Made by a program: the position numbers and the translations under genes. The notes beneath the pieces are model-generated. The model did not search any database, was not told where the DNA came from, and worked only from the letters and a program-made list of their open reading frames with translations. Below, piece after piece: positions 40,963-55,000 of a stretch of DNA of 64,000 bases (the stretch's first letter is position 1; the number at the start of each line of letters is the position of its first letter). The DNA is taken from the NCBI RefSeq assembly GCF_964204865.1, contig NC_135252.1, forward strand, positions 16,120,001 to 16,184,000, given 5' to 3'. The stretch is from Styela clava (taxonomy: Eukaryota).

Positions 40963-42377
40963 CAGGGGTCGGCAACCCCTGGCACGCGTGCCAATTGTAG
41001 TACGCGAGAGGATTTCTCATGACACACCAAGCGATTTGAGCCATATTCAAATATTTATTTTCGTAGTGCGACAAACATTCTACAATTGAACAAAAAATAA
41101 CAAATTCATTGAAAAAACATACAATATTTAACTGCAATCGACGAGAGGCCGAAATCTGTACCCGAAATCGATGTAGATAAGCGTGTGCAGTCAATCATCC
41201 CCCTCCTTTCAAATTTTTGGAAAACTGAAAAAGTCGCAAATACCTCGTGCGATTGCTTTTTGCTGAAAATCCTGATTGTTTTTATCAGCGTGACGTGTTA
41301 TTTAGGCCGTAAACACTTTTAGTTGGTGTTTATTCTCCCTGAATCACAACAATTATTTAACGACAACGATAATAATTACTTTATTTTTGCCCAGAATTGA
41401 AATTCGCTGAGAGTTATTACATAATCAATCAAAACTAAATACAATTAACCATTAAGCATGTTTATCTCATATTTTTACATCAAAAGATTGAGTGGTATTT
41501 CAGACAAATAATGTTTATATTTTGACGCAAGAAGACGTAACCGCGAGTTACGTTGGACACAAAATTATATCAATATAGAAGAAAGTTTTAGACTCTCGTA
41601 GCTGTCATAAAATGAATATTTTACTGAAGAGAAAAGTTGGTATACGCTGAAAACCTCGGCCTTTTTAACGAGCGCGTAATCGCGGCGACTGTTCCATAAG
41701 GGAATGAAAATTTTCGGTTTTGAAACACCCCTTTCGAAAATCCTGACTGCGCGCCTGGCTGATTTTCATCATTCCACCGTGAGCTACATGTAACCCTAAC
41801 AAAAACGATGAAATAAAGGCGCTCCGTAGTGTGTGCACCAAGATGGCGGACACCGGAACGTAGAATGTGTACCAGGTTTTGGTTAGGGCACAATTTTATT
41901 CCAATTTTTCTTATTTCAGTTCTATTACTGTATTTCGAGTTTGGGGACTAGCCACATGACTCCTGTAGTATTAGTACCTGAAATTATGGCCTAACCCCAA
42001 CCTGGTACACATAATACGTTCCAGTGTCCGCCATCATGGTGCACATACTACGGGAGTACCAAAATAAATTTTATCTTTTTTAGTATTTATCGCGATTTCA
42101 TTGTTTCTGGCTACAAAACTAATCGCGAGTGGCCTTATTTAATACCTATTACAAGTCGTCCAAAGACAGGTCGGATGTAGAAATGCCGTATGACGAAATC
42201 TCTCGTACGCTAGTTTCCATGCACGTTATCCAATAAAATGAATTTGTTTTTCATCCCCTTACTATTCAAATCAGGTATAGTTGGCTATGCAAACCATACA
42301 CATAAAAATGTTTGGCACGCGAAAGTGCTCATTATTCATATACTGGCACGCCGGGTTCAAAAGGTTGCCGACCCCTG
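40963..42377. mobile_element. Duplicate of the 15410..16824 hAT element
   Basis: Same TIRs and TSD CTGTATGA. Confidence 0.88.
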
Positions 42378-43559
42378 CTGTATGATATATAACTCAATGG
42401 ACCTTTACCCGAGCATCGACTTCCTTGTTTACTTCGCGACATTGGCCAATCAGCAGGATGCAAAAAGTGACGTAACAATGCTTCAATTTCGCATCCGCCA
42501 AAGTTCCCTCCCTCCCCCCCCCCCAAAGTTCGGAAATTTTGTTTTGCATGTCTCTTCGTACATGAAGTCCTATTTAGTAGACACTAAACTTAAATTTTAC
42601 AATTTTTATTGAATTTTGTTCCAATGAGAATCCTATGGAATGGGACAGGCATAATTACCATGGGATGGGATGGGGGACAGAAAAATATGTCCCATGGACA
42701 AGCCTGACAATTACACATTGTTATGTATCGCGGATTCGACAATCGCTATTTAGGGTTTCAAACGTCGAAGAATGATATCATTTTGTGATATATTTTTAAA
42801 TCCCATTCTTTCGATGCCGCTACAGTTGGCAATATACCGTGCGATTTAAATAATTTTATTTATCACTAGATGCTGAAAATTGCGCAATCGCTTGTCAAAG
42901 AGTAAAGGTGTCTAACTTAAATGTCAGAATTATCACGAAAAAAAGCATCATCGTCAGGGCCAACTATAAACAATAACATATCGGGAGGACGATTAAATTG
43001 TTGAAACGCGCACTGAATAATATTGTTTGGACCGCAAACCGTGATGCGCCGTACATATAACGACGCCGTTGTGTTTAAGTAGAAGGTAGAATTTTTTCAA
43101 ACGGACTGTTACGAACCTCGACCCCCCACACAATTACCCCCCCCCCCCCACAATTAAAATTAAACCATTCGGCATCGCATAAGATAAAAGCATTTAGATA
43201 TTTGAGAATATACCAAGCTTGGCAGCTTGACAGTAAAATGATTTAAACTGATCCCTCCTTATTTTCAACTGGATTGAACTCTCCTTATTTGTTTATCCTA
43301 GAATGAACTATTTCCATAAACTGTTCCATATGTTTGTGAATGTATGCAAATATCGTTTATATATATGTATTCAATATATTTATAAGCTTTTACTTACAGC
43401 AACAGCATATGTTTCAATGCATGAATAAACAAAAGTATTTAATATTTACCAGAAAAATGTATTAATAAGTTTCTGCAAACAGTATCAGCATATGCCTAAA
43501 TGCACGAATGAATGCTGCAAATAAATAATGTTGCAATTTACGTAATGAATAATCTAGAA

Positions 43560-44637
43560 CAGTGGTTCTCAACCTTTTGCAGTTCCCGAATGCGTCCACA
43601 AACGTGGTTGGCGCAAGGAGACGCAACAGATAATTGCCAGACATTGCGTGAACGACCCTGTGACGAGAACCAATTTGCGAAAATTGAAATACTACCGAAT
43701 AAATGAGTCTTTATACCTTCGAAAAACTCTATCTAAAAATAAATGAGTTTGTACAACGTTGAAAAACTCTCACTTCAACCTTAAGAACAAAGTCTGCTAA
43801 GCATAAATTCACCGAACAGTTTTAACCGTAATAACATTTATTTAAGGAGAAATATGTCAATACAGAAACCCAAAATTCTTAGTATGGGGTCATAACAGAT
43901 TAGTTTTGACATCATTGCATCTGAGGGGTCTTGCAATTACCATAGCCTGTCTCGTCGTTTAACTCAGGTTGCCCCTGATGTAAGTATATTTTTCATTATC
44001 GTACCACACCTGTTTTGCCGGTGGCTGCCTTGATTAAATAAATTTCATGATTTTTCTCACTCGAAACGTCTCTCTGGTATCTCGGATAAATATTCCTGTC
44101 AAAATCGTATGACTTTGGTATAGATACATACTTGGCAATAGATGTACGCAATAGAAGTGAAAGTCAAAGCAAGAATTTTTACTTACATTTTTGAAAATAT
44201 AATTCCGGCAGCGTATGCAGCTACCAGAACGCAACGTTATGGCGTAGTTCCACGGCGATGCGAGGGGTATTTTAACAAAGAATATAGAAAAAAATTGATT
44301 CAATACAAGCCCTTGTTTTAAAACAGGATGTTTTTTTAAAATTGATAAAGTACAAAACCCTAACTATGTGCTATCAAACTTCTCCGTTATGACGTTAGCC
44401 CCCGTTATGAGGCCATATAGATCCAACAAACATCCAGCTGTTCAGGGTTTAAATGAGCAGAGGACTTCTTACCAAGTTCGGTTGTTAGACGAATACCGGT
44501 ACTACGAATCAATAAGAGTTAAAAAAAATCATAAAACTAATGGATATGCCGTCAATACTTTGTATTTTGCTTATAATAGAAAAAAATTGACGGACCGGCA
44601 GCAACGTTGCCGCGGACCCGGCGGTTGAGAAACACTG
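43560..44637. mobile_element. Third copy of the 18003..19068 hAT element
   Basis: Same TIRs and TSD ATCTAGAA. Confidence 0.85.
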
Positions 44638-47593
44638 ATCTAGAATCATTGCAGCATCACTAATGAAGGACAGGTATTAAAACAAAATTATGTAACGTTA
44701 AACATTTGATGTAAATTTTTAGAGAAATATGGTAGAACATGGTGAAACTAATTCGGTTGTGCATGCCGACCTCGGCTCCTACCTGAACATCACCCCTAAA
44801 ATCATATAAAAGCAGTGTATTCAGATGCCGGTACTGTACTTGGCATCTAGGCTTCCTTAGAATCCCGTCCCCATGGTTACCACACTTGACGGTGCCTGGA
44901 GTCGAATTTTTGTATGTAATGAATGTTTTTTTCATTCTTGTTGTTGCTGTTTTAATTTACAATGTTTGATTTTTTTACCGATTACTGTTGGACTTAAACA
45001 TTACACGATGGTGAAAAAAAAAGATGAATGATTAGTTACGGCCCTCTATTTTTGCGCAACTGCTCAATCTCTTTGCAAACCGTTTGTTGGCATTAAACAA
45101 AACGGTGATATTATTTACATTGTGCGTGGAATGAGTGACTACTATTTAAAACTTTGATACACATGTTTATCGAAAACGCACGTAGTGAATATTTTTGTCT
45201 CGACAAATATCATAAAGTTTCCTCTAACAATATCGACATTTGTCAAAATGTTACACTGAAACTTTGTATGAAATATATACCAATGAGCTCCAATTTCCAC
45301 TGAATATAACTTGGTAAATAATTTTGGTTAACATTTTGAGCTAAATTATTCGACATTATCTACTTTAAGCATAATAAATAATTGGTTTCACGTGATTATG
45401 TACCAGATATAATGATATTTTTACGTTGGCATTACATTGAAATGATTCAGTCATTCAATATACAACGTGAGGAAAATCAACGCATTTCATTTTGTAAAAA
45501 ATAGACAAGAATAGGCTTTTTTAAATTTTCATTACATACTTAATAAGACATTTGATGCCATTTTTTGAGAGAAACGTCTTCAATATGACTCCATACAGCT
45601 GCAATACACCCTGAAAATTTTCATCACCCTCTGAGTGATTTCCCGTGAAATTCCATTTATTGTTTTGCAAATAGCAGCTTTCAGTCCATCAATGGCTTTA
45701 ATCGGTTCTTGTACACCTCGCCCTTAGTTTACTCTCACACGAAATAATAACAAGGTGAAAGGTCAGGTGCACGTGCTGGTCCTCCCATATTAGATAGATC
45801 AAATGCAATGGGAAGGATCCTCCATCCATTGATTTTTTTTTTGCTGTATGGGAAGTTAGTTGAAACGATACCTTGGCATTTTAATTCTTAAATATTGACA
45901 CCATGCAGTATCCGCACATAAAGAGCTGAAGTAAGCAAAACCGTTTTTTTTTCCTTCAACTGCACACCACACCCTCATGCCCTCGCTATGGAGAGGCTTT
46001 TTATGAAGCTCTCGAGGGTTTCTTCCTGCCTAGTACCAAAAAGTTTACTCATTGACAAAGCCAGATAAATTGAAATGGGATCCGTCACTGGTAATCAGAA
46101 TATCATTTGCAAGAATATTTTCAGTTACATAGGCTACTCTCTAATAGTGATAGAACATTTCACGATAAGTGCACGACGTTTAACTGCCCAAGCCATAAAT
46201 ATGCATCAACGATTTTTATGAAATTGATAATAAATCACTCGTTATTGAAATCTCACCCTGTAAAATTTGTATAAAGAAATTATTTAAAACTAAATAATCC
46301 TATTACATAGTAAGCCTATCAGTATTCTAAACATGCATTTTCAATTGTTAAGAACAACATGTAGTTACATAGTTAAATAAAACTTACATTCATACCAAAC
46401 TAGAGGGCCCCATTTGCTAAACTTCGTAAAAAGCGAGTTTTACGAGCACACAACTGTGTCTCTCAAAATTTACGCACGATCGTTGTTGAACAAATAAATG
46501 ACCACGCAACAGTATGACTATGCCCCGTCAGTCACATGGATAGGGCAAGTATAGTTTGTAACAACCCGCTGTCTTGCTTTGCAATCATTCACTTAAAACT
46601 GATATTCATACCGCTAGACAAGACATAAAAATGGTTCCATATTTTGGGACCATCAACTCTTTGGGAAATGTCTTTCCCCGTTCGACGCAGCGTGGGGAAA
46701 AGCTAAACGATGCCGCTTCGTTGGTTTAACAAGATACTCATGTAGTATGTTAACCAAGATGGCGGACGCCGGAACGTGGTGCGTGTGCAGGGTTGGGGTT
46801 AAGCCATAAATTCAGGTACAAATACTACGGGAGTCACTTGGCTAGTCCCCGAACTCGTAATAGAACCAAAATAAGAAAAATTGGAATATAATTATGTGCT
46901 AACCTTAACCTGGTGCATGTGCTGCGTTCCGGTGTCCGCCAACTTGGTGCACATACTACGGGAGCGCTAAAAGATGAGACCCGAACTAGTTGGGGCGTTG
47001 GAGTTCTAGAACAGAATCAGTAAACCCATTAAGTTGTATCTTGAAAAATAGTTCTTTTGATTGAGACCATTGAAGAAAATGGCAGTCAAACAAGCGACTG
47101 TCAAATCGACGGACAACAAATCGTCGTGAACTTTTTAATTAACTAATTTTGTTGTACCTTCGATTCTCAATGAGCGAGAAAAGGTTGTGCGATGTTGTTT
47201 TATTGAAATGATAGAAAGGGATGGAATAAAGAATACTAATTATTATGACATTCGAGCCGAGAAAGGCACGAAAAGTACAACTGTGGAAGACCTTGTTATA
47301 CCAAATGACCGTCCAGCGGTTATATTGCTTATTATTTAGTGTCGTCATCAAATTTCTGGTGACCTATTTATATTGCGTGATAGAGAAAAGTCAATTTAAC
47401 GTTAGCTGAAAAAGAAAACAGTAATCAAATTAGCACTGACAGAATTGTTGTTCCGAGCTCTATTGATTATCACAAATAGTTAATAGCAGTCACGATTGTT
47501 TTAGTTATATTCATTTTCTGAACAGGTATAATAAACATACCAAAAGTAGTAACAATGAAAAACAAACCGAATTATAATGAATTACTTAAGTCA

Positions 47594-47690
47594 TGGCTCA
47601 TGAAATACGCAACTGCCAATACTATATAAATTAGCAGTTGCGAGCTAGTCTGCACATCATCTTCTATACAACTCAACAGGAACTTCTAAG
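47594..47690 (+). promoter_or_regulatory. Core promoter and exon 1 of AMP copy A3 (AP-1 site mutated)
   Basis: TGGCTCA at 47594..47600 replaces TGACTCA. TATATAAA 47623..47630, donor at 47690/47691. Confidence 0.62.
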
Positions 47691-47777
47691 GTTGGTGTGA
47701 AAACTGTTTGAAAATTTTGAAACTTGCGTATATAAACAAACCTCTTTGTTAACTCGCCGAAATTTTATTTCATCCAG

Positions 47778-48944
47778 ATGAATTTAAAGCTTCTCACTAT
47801 TTTGCTACTCGTTGTCTTGTTGACAATCGACCTTGGTGACTCATGGGGACGCAGAAGACGCCGACGAGGTGGTAAGGGAAGAGGAAGAAGCTTCTGGGGA
47901 AGGGCTAAAAAAGCTGTCAGGAAAGTTGGCAAATTCTACAAGAGAAACAGGTTGGTCGGAAAACTTCGTATCGCACTTAAAGAAGCATATTTATTTAAAA
48001 GCAATCAATGTGAAAAGTTAACAATATTCGAAAGTAATAAAATTTGTGGTCAACGTTTGATTTCTTACTCATATATATCTAGCCCTATCACAATACAACC
48101 TCCACACAACAATGTAAAGTGTTGTGCAAAAGAATAATAACGCAATAGTGTAAAGCAAGCTGAGAGCATTGATATATATTTGAAGGTCCATTTTCGAAAA
48201 ATTACAAAATTATTTCTACCTAAGAGATCCGGATGTAATGAACCTCGGACTCTAAAAAACAAGTCACGAATTATAGCTAAACAAGAACACTGTCAACATT
48301 TTACAGGAAAACCATTCATAGAGTTGGAAGAATAGTACTTCGTGGAGCAGCCGCGTATGACAACGAAGACCAGAATAACTTAAATCAGCTTAAGAATCAG
48401 GTAATGTCGACAAAAATTGCTGAATTAAAAAACGAAAACTATGTCCTTTTATAATACTTCTATATCTGCTATATCTTTCATCATCGGTATTTACCAGTGT
48501 GCAAATAGATCAATTGTATGATTTGTTAATTTATTTCCAGAATCTGGAATCGTATCAAGAGTACCTGGACAACCTGGAAGAAACTATGAGTGAAATGTAT
48601 CCGGAAGAAGACATTGATCAACTCATGAAAGCATTGGACAATGTCGTTGACATGAACGACGGTTTGTATTTTCTAAAGAAATAAAAGAACTATTATCAGT
48701 CACAAAAATGGCCATTCGGTGATGAACATCCTAATTTAAGACATGGTCTGCAAAGCTGCAAACACGATCAACAAACAACTGCTTTCAAATCCTCGAATCT
48801 TTATATTTCATAATCTTCATAAAATACTTATAATGTTTTCCAATTTCAGAAGATCGTAAAAATTTATTTGCGACTGCAAACGAGGAGATGCCTGAAGTTG
48901 AGCCAGTTCGATACAGTTCAGTTGGCAGATATGATCAAAGATGA
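47778..48944 (+). CDS. Styelin-related AMP precursor, copy A3 (160 aa; +10-nt frameshift in last exon)
   Basis: join(47778..47950,48307..48400,48541..48661,48850..48944). Cationic region WGRRRRRRGGKGRGRSFWGRAKKAVRKVGKFYKRNRKTIHRVGRIVLRG. The last exon reads EDRKNLFATANEEMPEVEPVRYSSVGRYDQR*, and the ancestral stop at 48973..48975 is out of frame. Confidence 0.82.
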
Positions 48945-49206
48945 ATTGGCGATGAGAGTAGCAAATCTTGCGTAATCTTCTCATCCCACTTATCGGCAAT
49001 TTACTTCTATATTCTCAAAAATATTTGAATACATTCGAACAGTTGAACATGATGCAGTTTTTGATTATCAGCAAAATGGGCGTCATCTTGAAGTTCAATG
49101 GCTTTGGATGGCTCTTTATTTTCAAATAAATGCCTGTTTTTTAACAGTACTGTATACCATATTCAGCAAATATTTACCAAAAGACCTCCGCGATACTCAC
49201 TCATTC

Positions 49207-52045
49207 CAATGAGCATATATACAATGAGTGGATGACTTCCAAATATTTGCTCATTAATCCCTTATGCCCTGCATATTTACTTCGTCCAGCTAAATCGTTT
49301 GTTGCATATGGAGAAAGCATATTGCTCGCTGCAAAAATCCCTTGCTTCGGCCGCGCCGGTTGCAAAATTGGCCGTATTGAGGCTTTTAATTTTTCGATTC
49401 GTGTTCGGTTTTGGGTTTCGAAGTATGGTACGTTGAAAACATACTAACTATAAGCATATGCTTATTTGGAATGCATATCTATTAGCTACAGCACAGAATA
49501 TGAAGTCAAGTGCGGTTATTTCTGATTATAGCATGGGATTTAGGTACATATTTATCCATGGGAAAGGAAAGGGATAAGAAGTCCTAAATATATGGCGAAC
49601 CACAGCTTCTCGCAATCATAGTTTATAAGGCGCTCCATACGAAGCCCCAGGGCTCTCCGATTTCAAATCACTCTGGCAGTCTGGGATATCTTGACAATAA
49701 AAACGAAGACAAAAATTAGAAGAATAGCAGGGAATCGGCTTTCCTCTCCACATGAGTAAATATGTTAACCCCATCCTATATCAATGAATACAAAGCCCCA
49801 CGTCCCTCTTAACATGGGTCGTAACGAGTGGTGGGATTCAAATTTTTTGTCAGCTGGTTCCATCACAAAAGTCATAGTTTTCGACCGGTTCTGTTACATG
49901 TTTTTTAGTAATGCTGACCGATTCGATGATCTCATTAAATTCCGTGAGACGGTTCTATAGAACGGGTAAATCCCACCACTGGTCTTAACCCCCCCCCCCC
50001 CCTTGGTTTGAGAAAAAATTTTCATGCGAAATTTCCTCCACAAAAAAGCAGCACCGTCGTTTTAAGGTCGCGCATTATGGTTTCGTCAAAACGATATTAT
50101 TCTGCGTATTATCACCGCAGCGCAATTAACACCGCCATACTTTTTTATTTTTACGATATGTTATTTTTTTAGTTGGCGCTGATAATGACAAATGAGAATG
50201 CGCCCTTCGAAATGAAAGAAGGGTTATGAGCTAATTTCAGGACATTCTATTCCCGATTTCTTTTATTTTAATACAAAGCAGGGCGCATTGAAAAGCAAAA
50301 TAGAATTTACTAACATAAATTTACAACGAGTTACGTATAATTTACCGACGGCTATCGCCAAGAAACAGAAACGATGAATGTGAGAATTTTTTATTTTGTG
50401 TCATTTTTGCGCCATCATATTTTTCAATTTCTAATTTTGCGTAAATCGCGTCAACATCGTTTTGGTAAATTTAGAAACGTTGAATCAGATAAGCAAGGCA
50501 TGTGAATAATGTATTCTATGCAAATTTCCCGAGATGTTGCGGAGAAATAACATTTTGACCACGTAGAAATGCCATTATTGCTGATTTATTCACGTGTTAA
50601 GTATCAGTGTTTTAAACCAAACCTGAGTTACGTGAATACTCAACACTGAGTATTCTAGAGATTACCAATTTGCGGAGTTTTTTAATTATTATTTAATATG
50701 AAAAAAACACGGAAACGATATAAAATTAAAACATAAAAATGTCAACTATCAGCTTCACAAATATCGCATCCCGGGGTCAGTAATGATAATATTGTTTGCT
50801 CAAAATTGGGACCGTAACTGTGATACAAATCCAACACAGAAGATAAAAATCAGAATTAAATTAATTTTTGTTGTGAATACATTTCTTAATAGTTGTCTTT
50901 AACATCTTCGCCGATGTTCGTTAAAATTTCGAATAATTTTATTTAAAAAAAAATACGGTTTGCTCACCACTAATCACGGTGCATGTAAATAATCAATAAA
51001 TGACAATAAAAAATCAACTTTGTTAGCATTAAATTCCAAGGAAAATTTCCACATTTCATGATTCGATCGGCGCTACACGCGAGCGTGTTTTTGTATATAT
51101 TCACCAAACACCGTCAAAAAAACAGAGGCGAGCTACACGTGACTGTGGAATTTCGCTGTGAACGACGCATTGTTTTTAATTTATTACACGCCTCACGCCG
51201 TCGTGAATTGAACTTTTGGCGCACTGTTTTAATTTCACCGTATGCCCCCACCCCGTTGGAAAAATCCTGGCTGCGACCCTTGTTCAAATTCTATATCTCA
51301 CTATTGATTACAAAAGTATAATTGCATCCAAATCAACAGTATCTATATATATGACTATATGAAGGATCGTTAAAATTAAATAATATACATGCAAAAATCA
51401 TAATTGATAACAAAATGTACTCTAAATAATAAAATAAAAAACAAACTTTTTTGTGTAAATTCACAAGACATGAAGATGGCAAATTTTAAATTTCAATGGC
51501 AAGATGTCCCGGAGTAATTTATAGGTAAAATCAGTATTTTCAATAAGTATACGAATAGCTCACAAAATCCAGACAGCCTGGGGGTTCATTTGGAGCACAG
51601 AGCTATTTGGAGAGGCCGTGGTTCGCCATTTATTAGGCTTTCGGCTTTCCTCTCCCCCTGGATAAATATGTAAGTCACATGTTATATCAATGAATAAATA
51701 CAGCAATAACTGCACCCCACGTGGCGACTGATTCATATTCTGTTCTGTAGCTACGTTTTCTGCCTAATAGATATATATGTATTCCCAATATGCATATGCT
51801 TATAGTTAGTATGCTTTCAACGTACCATACTTCGAAACCCAAAACCGAACACGATTCGAAAAATTAAAAGCCTCAATACGGCCAATTTCGCACTCGACCC
51901 AGCAGAAACAAGGGATTTTTGCAGCGAACGATGTGCTTTCTTCATATGCAACGAACCATTTAGCTGGACGACTTAAAAATGCAGGGCACAATGGATTAAT
52001 GAGCAAATATTTGGAAGTTTCCACTCATTGTATATATGCTCATTG
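49207..52045. mobile_element. Non-autonomous foldback DNA transposon with long TIRs (~270 bp well matched, degenerate to ~460 bp) and a 7-bp TSD; P/Galileo-like
   Basis: Ends are CAATGAGCATATATACAATGAGTGGA ... CCACTCATTGTATATATGCTCATTG. Flanks are CTCATTC (49200..49206) and CTTATTC (52046..52052). The empty paralogous site near 23627 has a single CTTATTC. No transposase ORF. Confidence 0.85.
49826..49981. mobile_element. Small hAT MITE nested in the foldback element
   Basis: AGTGGTGGGATT / AATCCCACCACTG, with flanks GTCGTAAC / GTCTTAAC (7/8 match). Confidence 0.7.
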
Positions 52046-55000
52046 CTTATTCAATTTGTTACTGTTTAAAAATGTATTTTTGAAATGTAAAATAAAATCT
52101 TTGTCGGAAAACTCTCGTGGATATTTCACCTATACAGCGTTGGAAAGAATCGAGAGACCTTTTTCAAATATTCGACGAGTCATTCGAATGAAAAGATTCG
52201 ACTCGAACTAGGAATCCACTAACCGACAGAAAGACTTGTCTCGAAAATAGCAAAAAAGAATTAAATCAAATACGATTTACATCGTAAATCAAAGTTCTAT
52301 TGGTGAAATCAAATATTTACTTAACATAGTTGCTTCGAAATCTCTTTTGACATGCCAGAACTTAGAAATCATTTCTGAAATATTGTGGTGCAACAATAAA
52401 ATATGAGTCAAATATAGGAATTCTGGAAGACAACGGATTCTCTGCAAAATAGGACTGTGGAGTCGGGAATCGAAGTCACAGTTTGACATATTTTCACCAA
52501 AGTCAGGGTCCCGGAAACCGAACTCCTCGGAGTCATGAGTTGGAGTCGAAAATCTGTATTCCTCGGAGTCGGAATTGCAGATTTTGAATGATGATAAGAA
52601 AAGTCATATTTTCAACGGAAACACAAAAAACGCCAAGTTAATTTGCAACTTATATATATATTTGCTGTTAATCTGTATATATAAAATTGCTCAATGGAAA
52701 TTTGAGTTCGTTAGTTGTCTCAAGACGGCGCTGCAGAGCCACTATTGCTATTATTTTGTTGTTCTTGTTGGCATTTTTTTTTGCTTTTGTTGTTGTGAAA
52801 AAATCGCCTTTCTCATTAACTATCTGACCGATTACTTTGAAATTTACAGTGGCTGAAATTGTTGTTGTCGTAGAAGGCTGTTACTTTAATTTATGTCAAA
52901 AATAGCTGTAAGCTCTATGCAGGGCCGGGTTACTATAATTTCAATTATGGGCGGATACTTTGAAGGCATTTTTTGGAATATAAACGATTTAAAATAAAAT
53001 AAAAATGATATTTAGTTTTGTTATTCAGGTTGATAATACTTGCCCAAATATTTTCCGTTCAGAAAGTTAAAAAATTAATATACGGCCGAATAAATAATTT
53101 TTTTCTAAATTTGGAAAACTTTACACTCTATTAATAACGTCATCTTCGAAAAGGGACTCACGTATGACATCACCAAGCCCCTCAACGTATAAATCCGGCC
53201 CTGACTCAAAGGGAATCGTTTTTTTTGTGTAGTGATGTTAAAAAATTAAAAATTACTTCAGCGTTTCGTGACCACATGTCACCGATCTCTTGGTCAACGA
53301 AGACGGGAGTTTTTATTAAGCTGAAAGTAGGCTATCGGTTCTGTAAAATATTTGCTACTACAGTTGTGACTCCAGTCATTTGGTATTTCAATTCACGTTG
53401 AAACTGAATGCATGATCATCATCGTTAAAAAAACTGGAAAACTTAGGACAGTCCGGGTACCGGTACTTTGGTACTGGTAAGTTACTGTAGCTGTTCCACA
53501 GTTGCAGCTTCGTTCAGGATGATTTTGGGGGAGATTAAAATTCCCGGTTTGACTTTGGTGTCAATATATTTGATCATTGCTCTCGTGTTTATATTTATCC
53601 TGCTATGGCTAACGTCGACATGGTTTCGATGCAAATATAGCGAAGACATTGGTCTAACTCTAAGCTAATGCGTTAGCATGATGTGTATTTTTGTATTCGA
53701 TAGAAGAAGGCTAGGCAGTTATAGCGACGGCCATATTGGAAAAATATGCAAATTTAGATACCCTGCTATTTGATAAGCCAGTAGTCACGACCGGAAAGCG
53801 ATCCAATAATCTGCTGCTCCTCGAGCGTAGGTTTTAAAATTAAATTATGGTTAAAATTAGAAACCGCCATTTTGTCGCTAAATTTCAGTGAAGCCTCGCG
53901 GGCCGGATATGGCACATGGGCCGTAGATTGCCGACCCCTGGCCTAGAGTATCCCTGCCTTACTTTGAGTTCAGCTATAGAATATTCTTCTTTCGCCTTTG
54001 TTACGTCACTTTGCTCCAAATCACGTTCACAATAATTTACGTAGCTTGCTTTATTTGCATGCAAACCTCAAACAGACGAGTTATTGAAATGGATTTTGGT
54101 TCATATATTCCGTATTAATTAATTAGAGAACAAATCCATACGTGAGGTGAAGTAAATTTTCATCTATTTTAACCGTTTTTTCATCATATCTGCCGAAAAT
54201 AAATCTTTTTGAGAGCTTGAAACATCGATACCATTGGGTACCATAAATTCACCAATAAAACACAAGATATTAAATAGGTCATTTTTTTTATATTGTCTCT
54301 CTCATGCAGGACGTGTATTGCAGTGGGCATGAAAATAATTTTATTTTTAATATATAGTACTGGTCAGCGCAATGAGTAAGTTTTCACAGCTTATAGCTTA
54401 TCTGAGTTTAATATATATATATATATATATATATATGATCCAAATTTGTAAATCATTGTTACGCTTCACAGCTAATTGTATGTATAGTGATTTTGCCTTC
54501 TAGATAAAAATAAAATTCGGCCATATGGATTTATTATTAAATGATGTGCGTCAGCGTTATATGATTTCTGTTTCGAGCTAAATGTAAAAATTTAACAAGT
54601 AGTCATGAACACGTGCAATTCATTCATTTTCTTTATTGCTGAAATGTTTTAAGGATACTTATTGTAGGATTGTGTAGTGCGTATTCGATAGCAATTCTCT
54701 GAATAAATATATACTATGTCAATCGCTTTTACACTCATAAGCAATTTTTTCATTTCAATTTTCTCCTTTTTTTTTACCTCTTTTTAATTCATTCAATTCC
54801 CTCTTTTCTTCCCTTAAGACTTTTCACGATTTGGAGAACAACTGCGTGCGCATCAAACGATCTCTTCAAAGCAGCTTGTAATATTCTGCTAGTCCGAAGT
54901 GGCTCGGTTTTCCTCGTGTTTTTCTTGGATGATCAAATATTAATATCATCCGACCTTCCTGAAAAATGAATGTACATGAAATGCATCGGAAATAGTTTAG

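Noticed and set aside
49232-52024. Similar ORFs on opposite strands (49232..49447 + and 51806..52024 -)
   Set aside because: They are the two arms of the foldback TIR, not genes.
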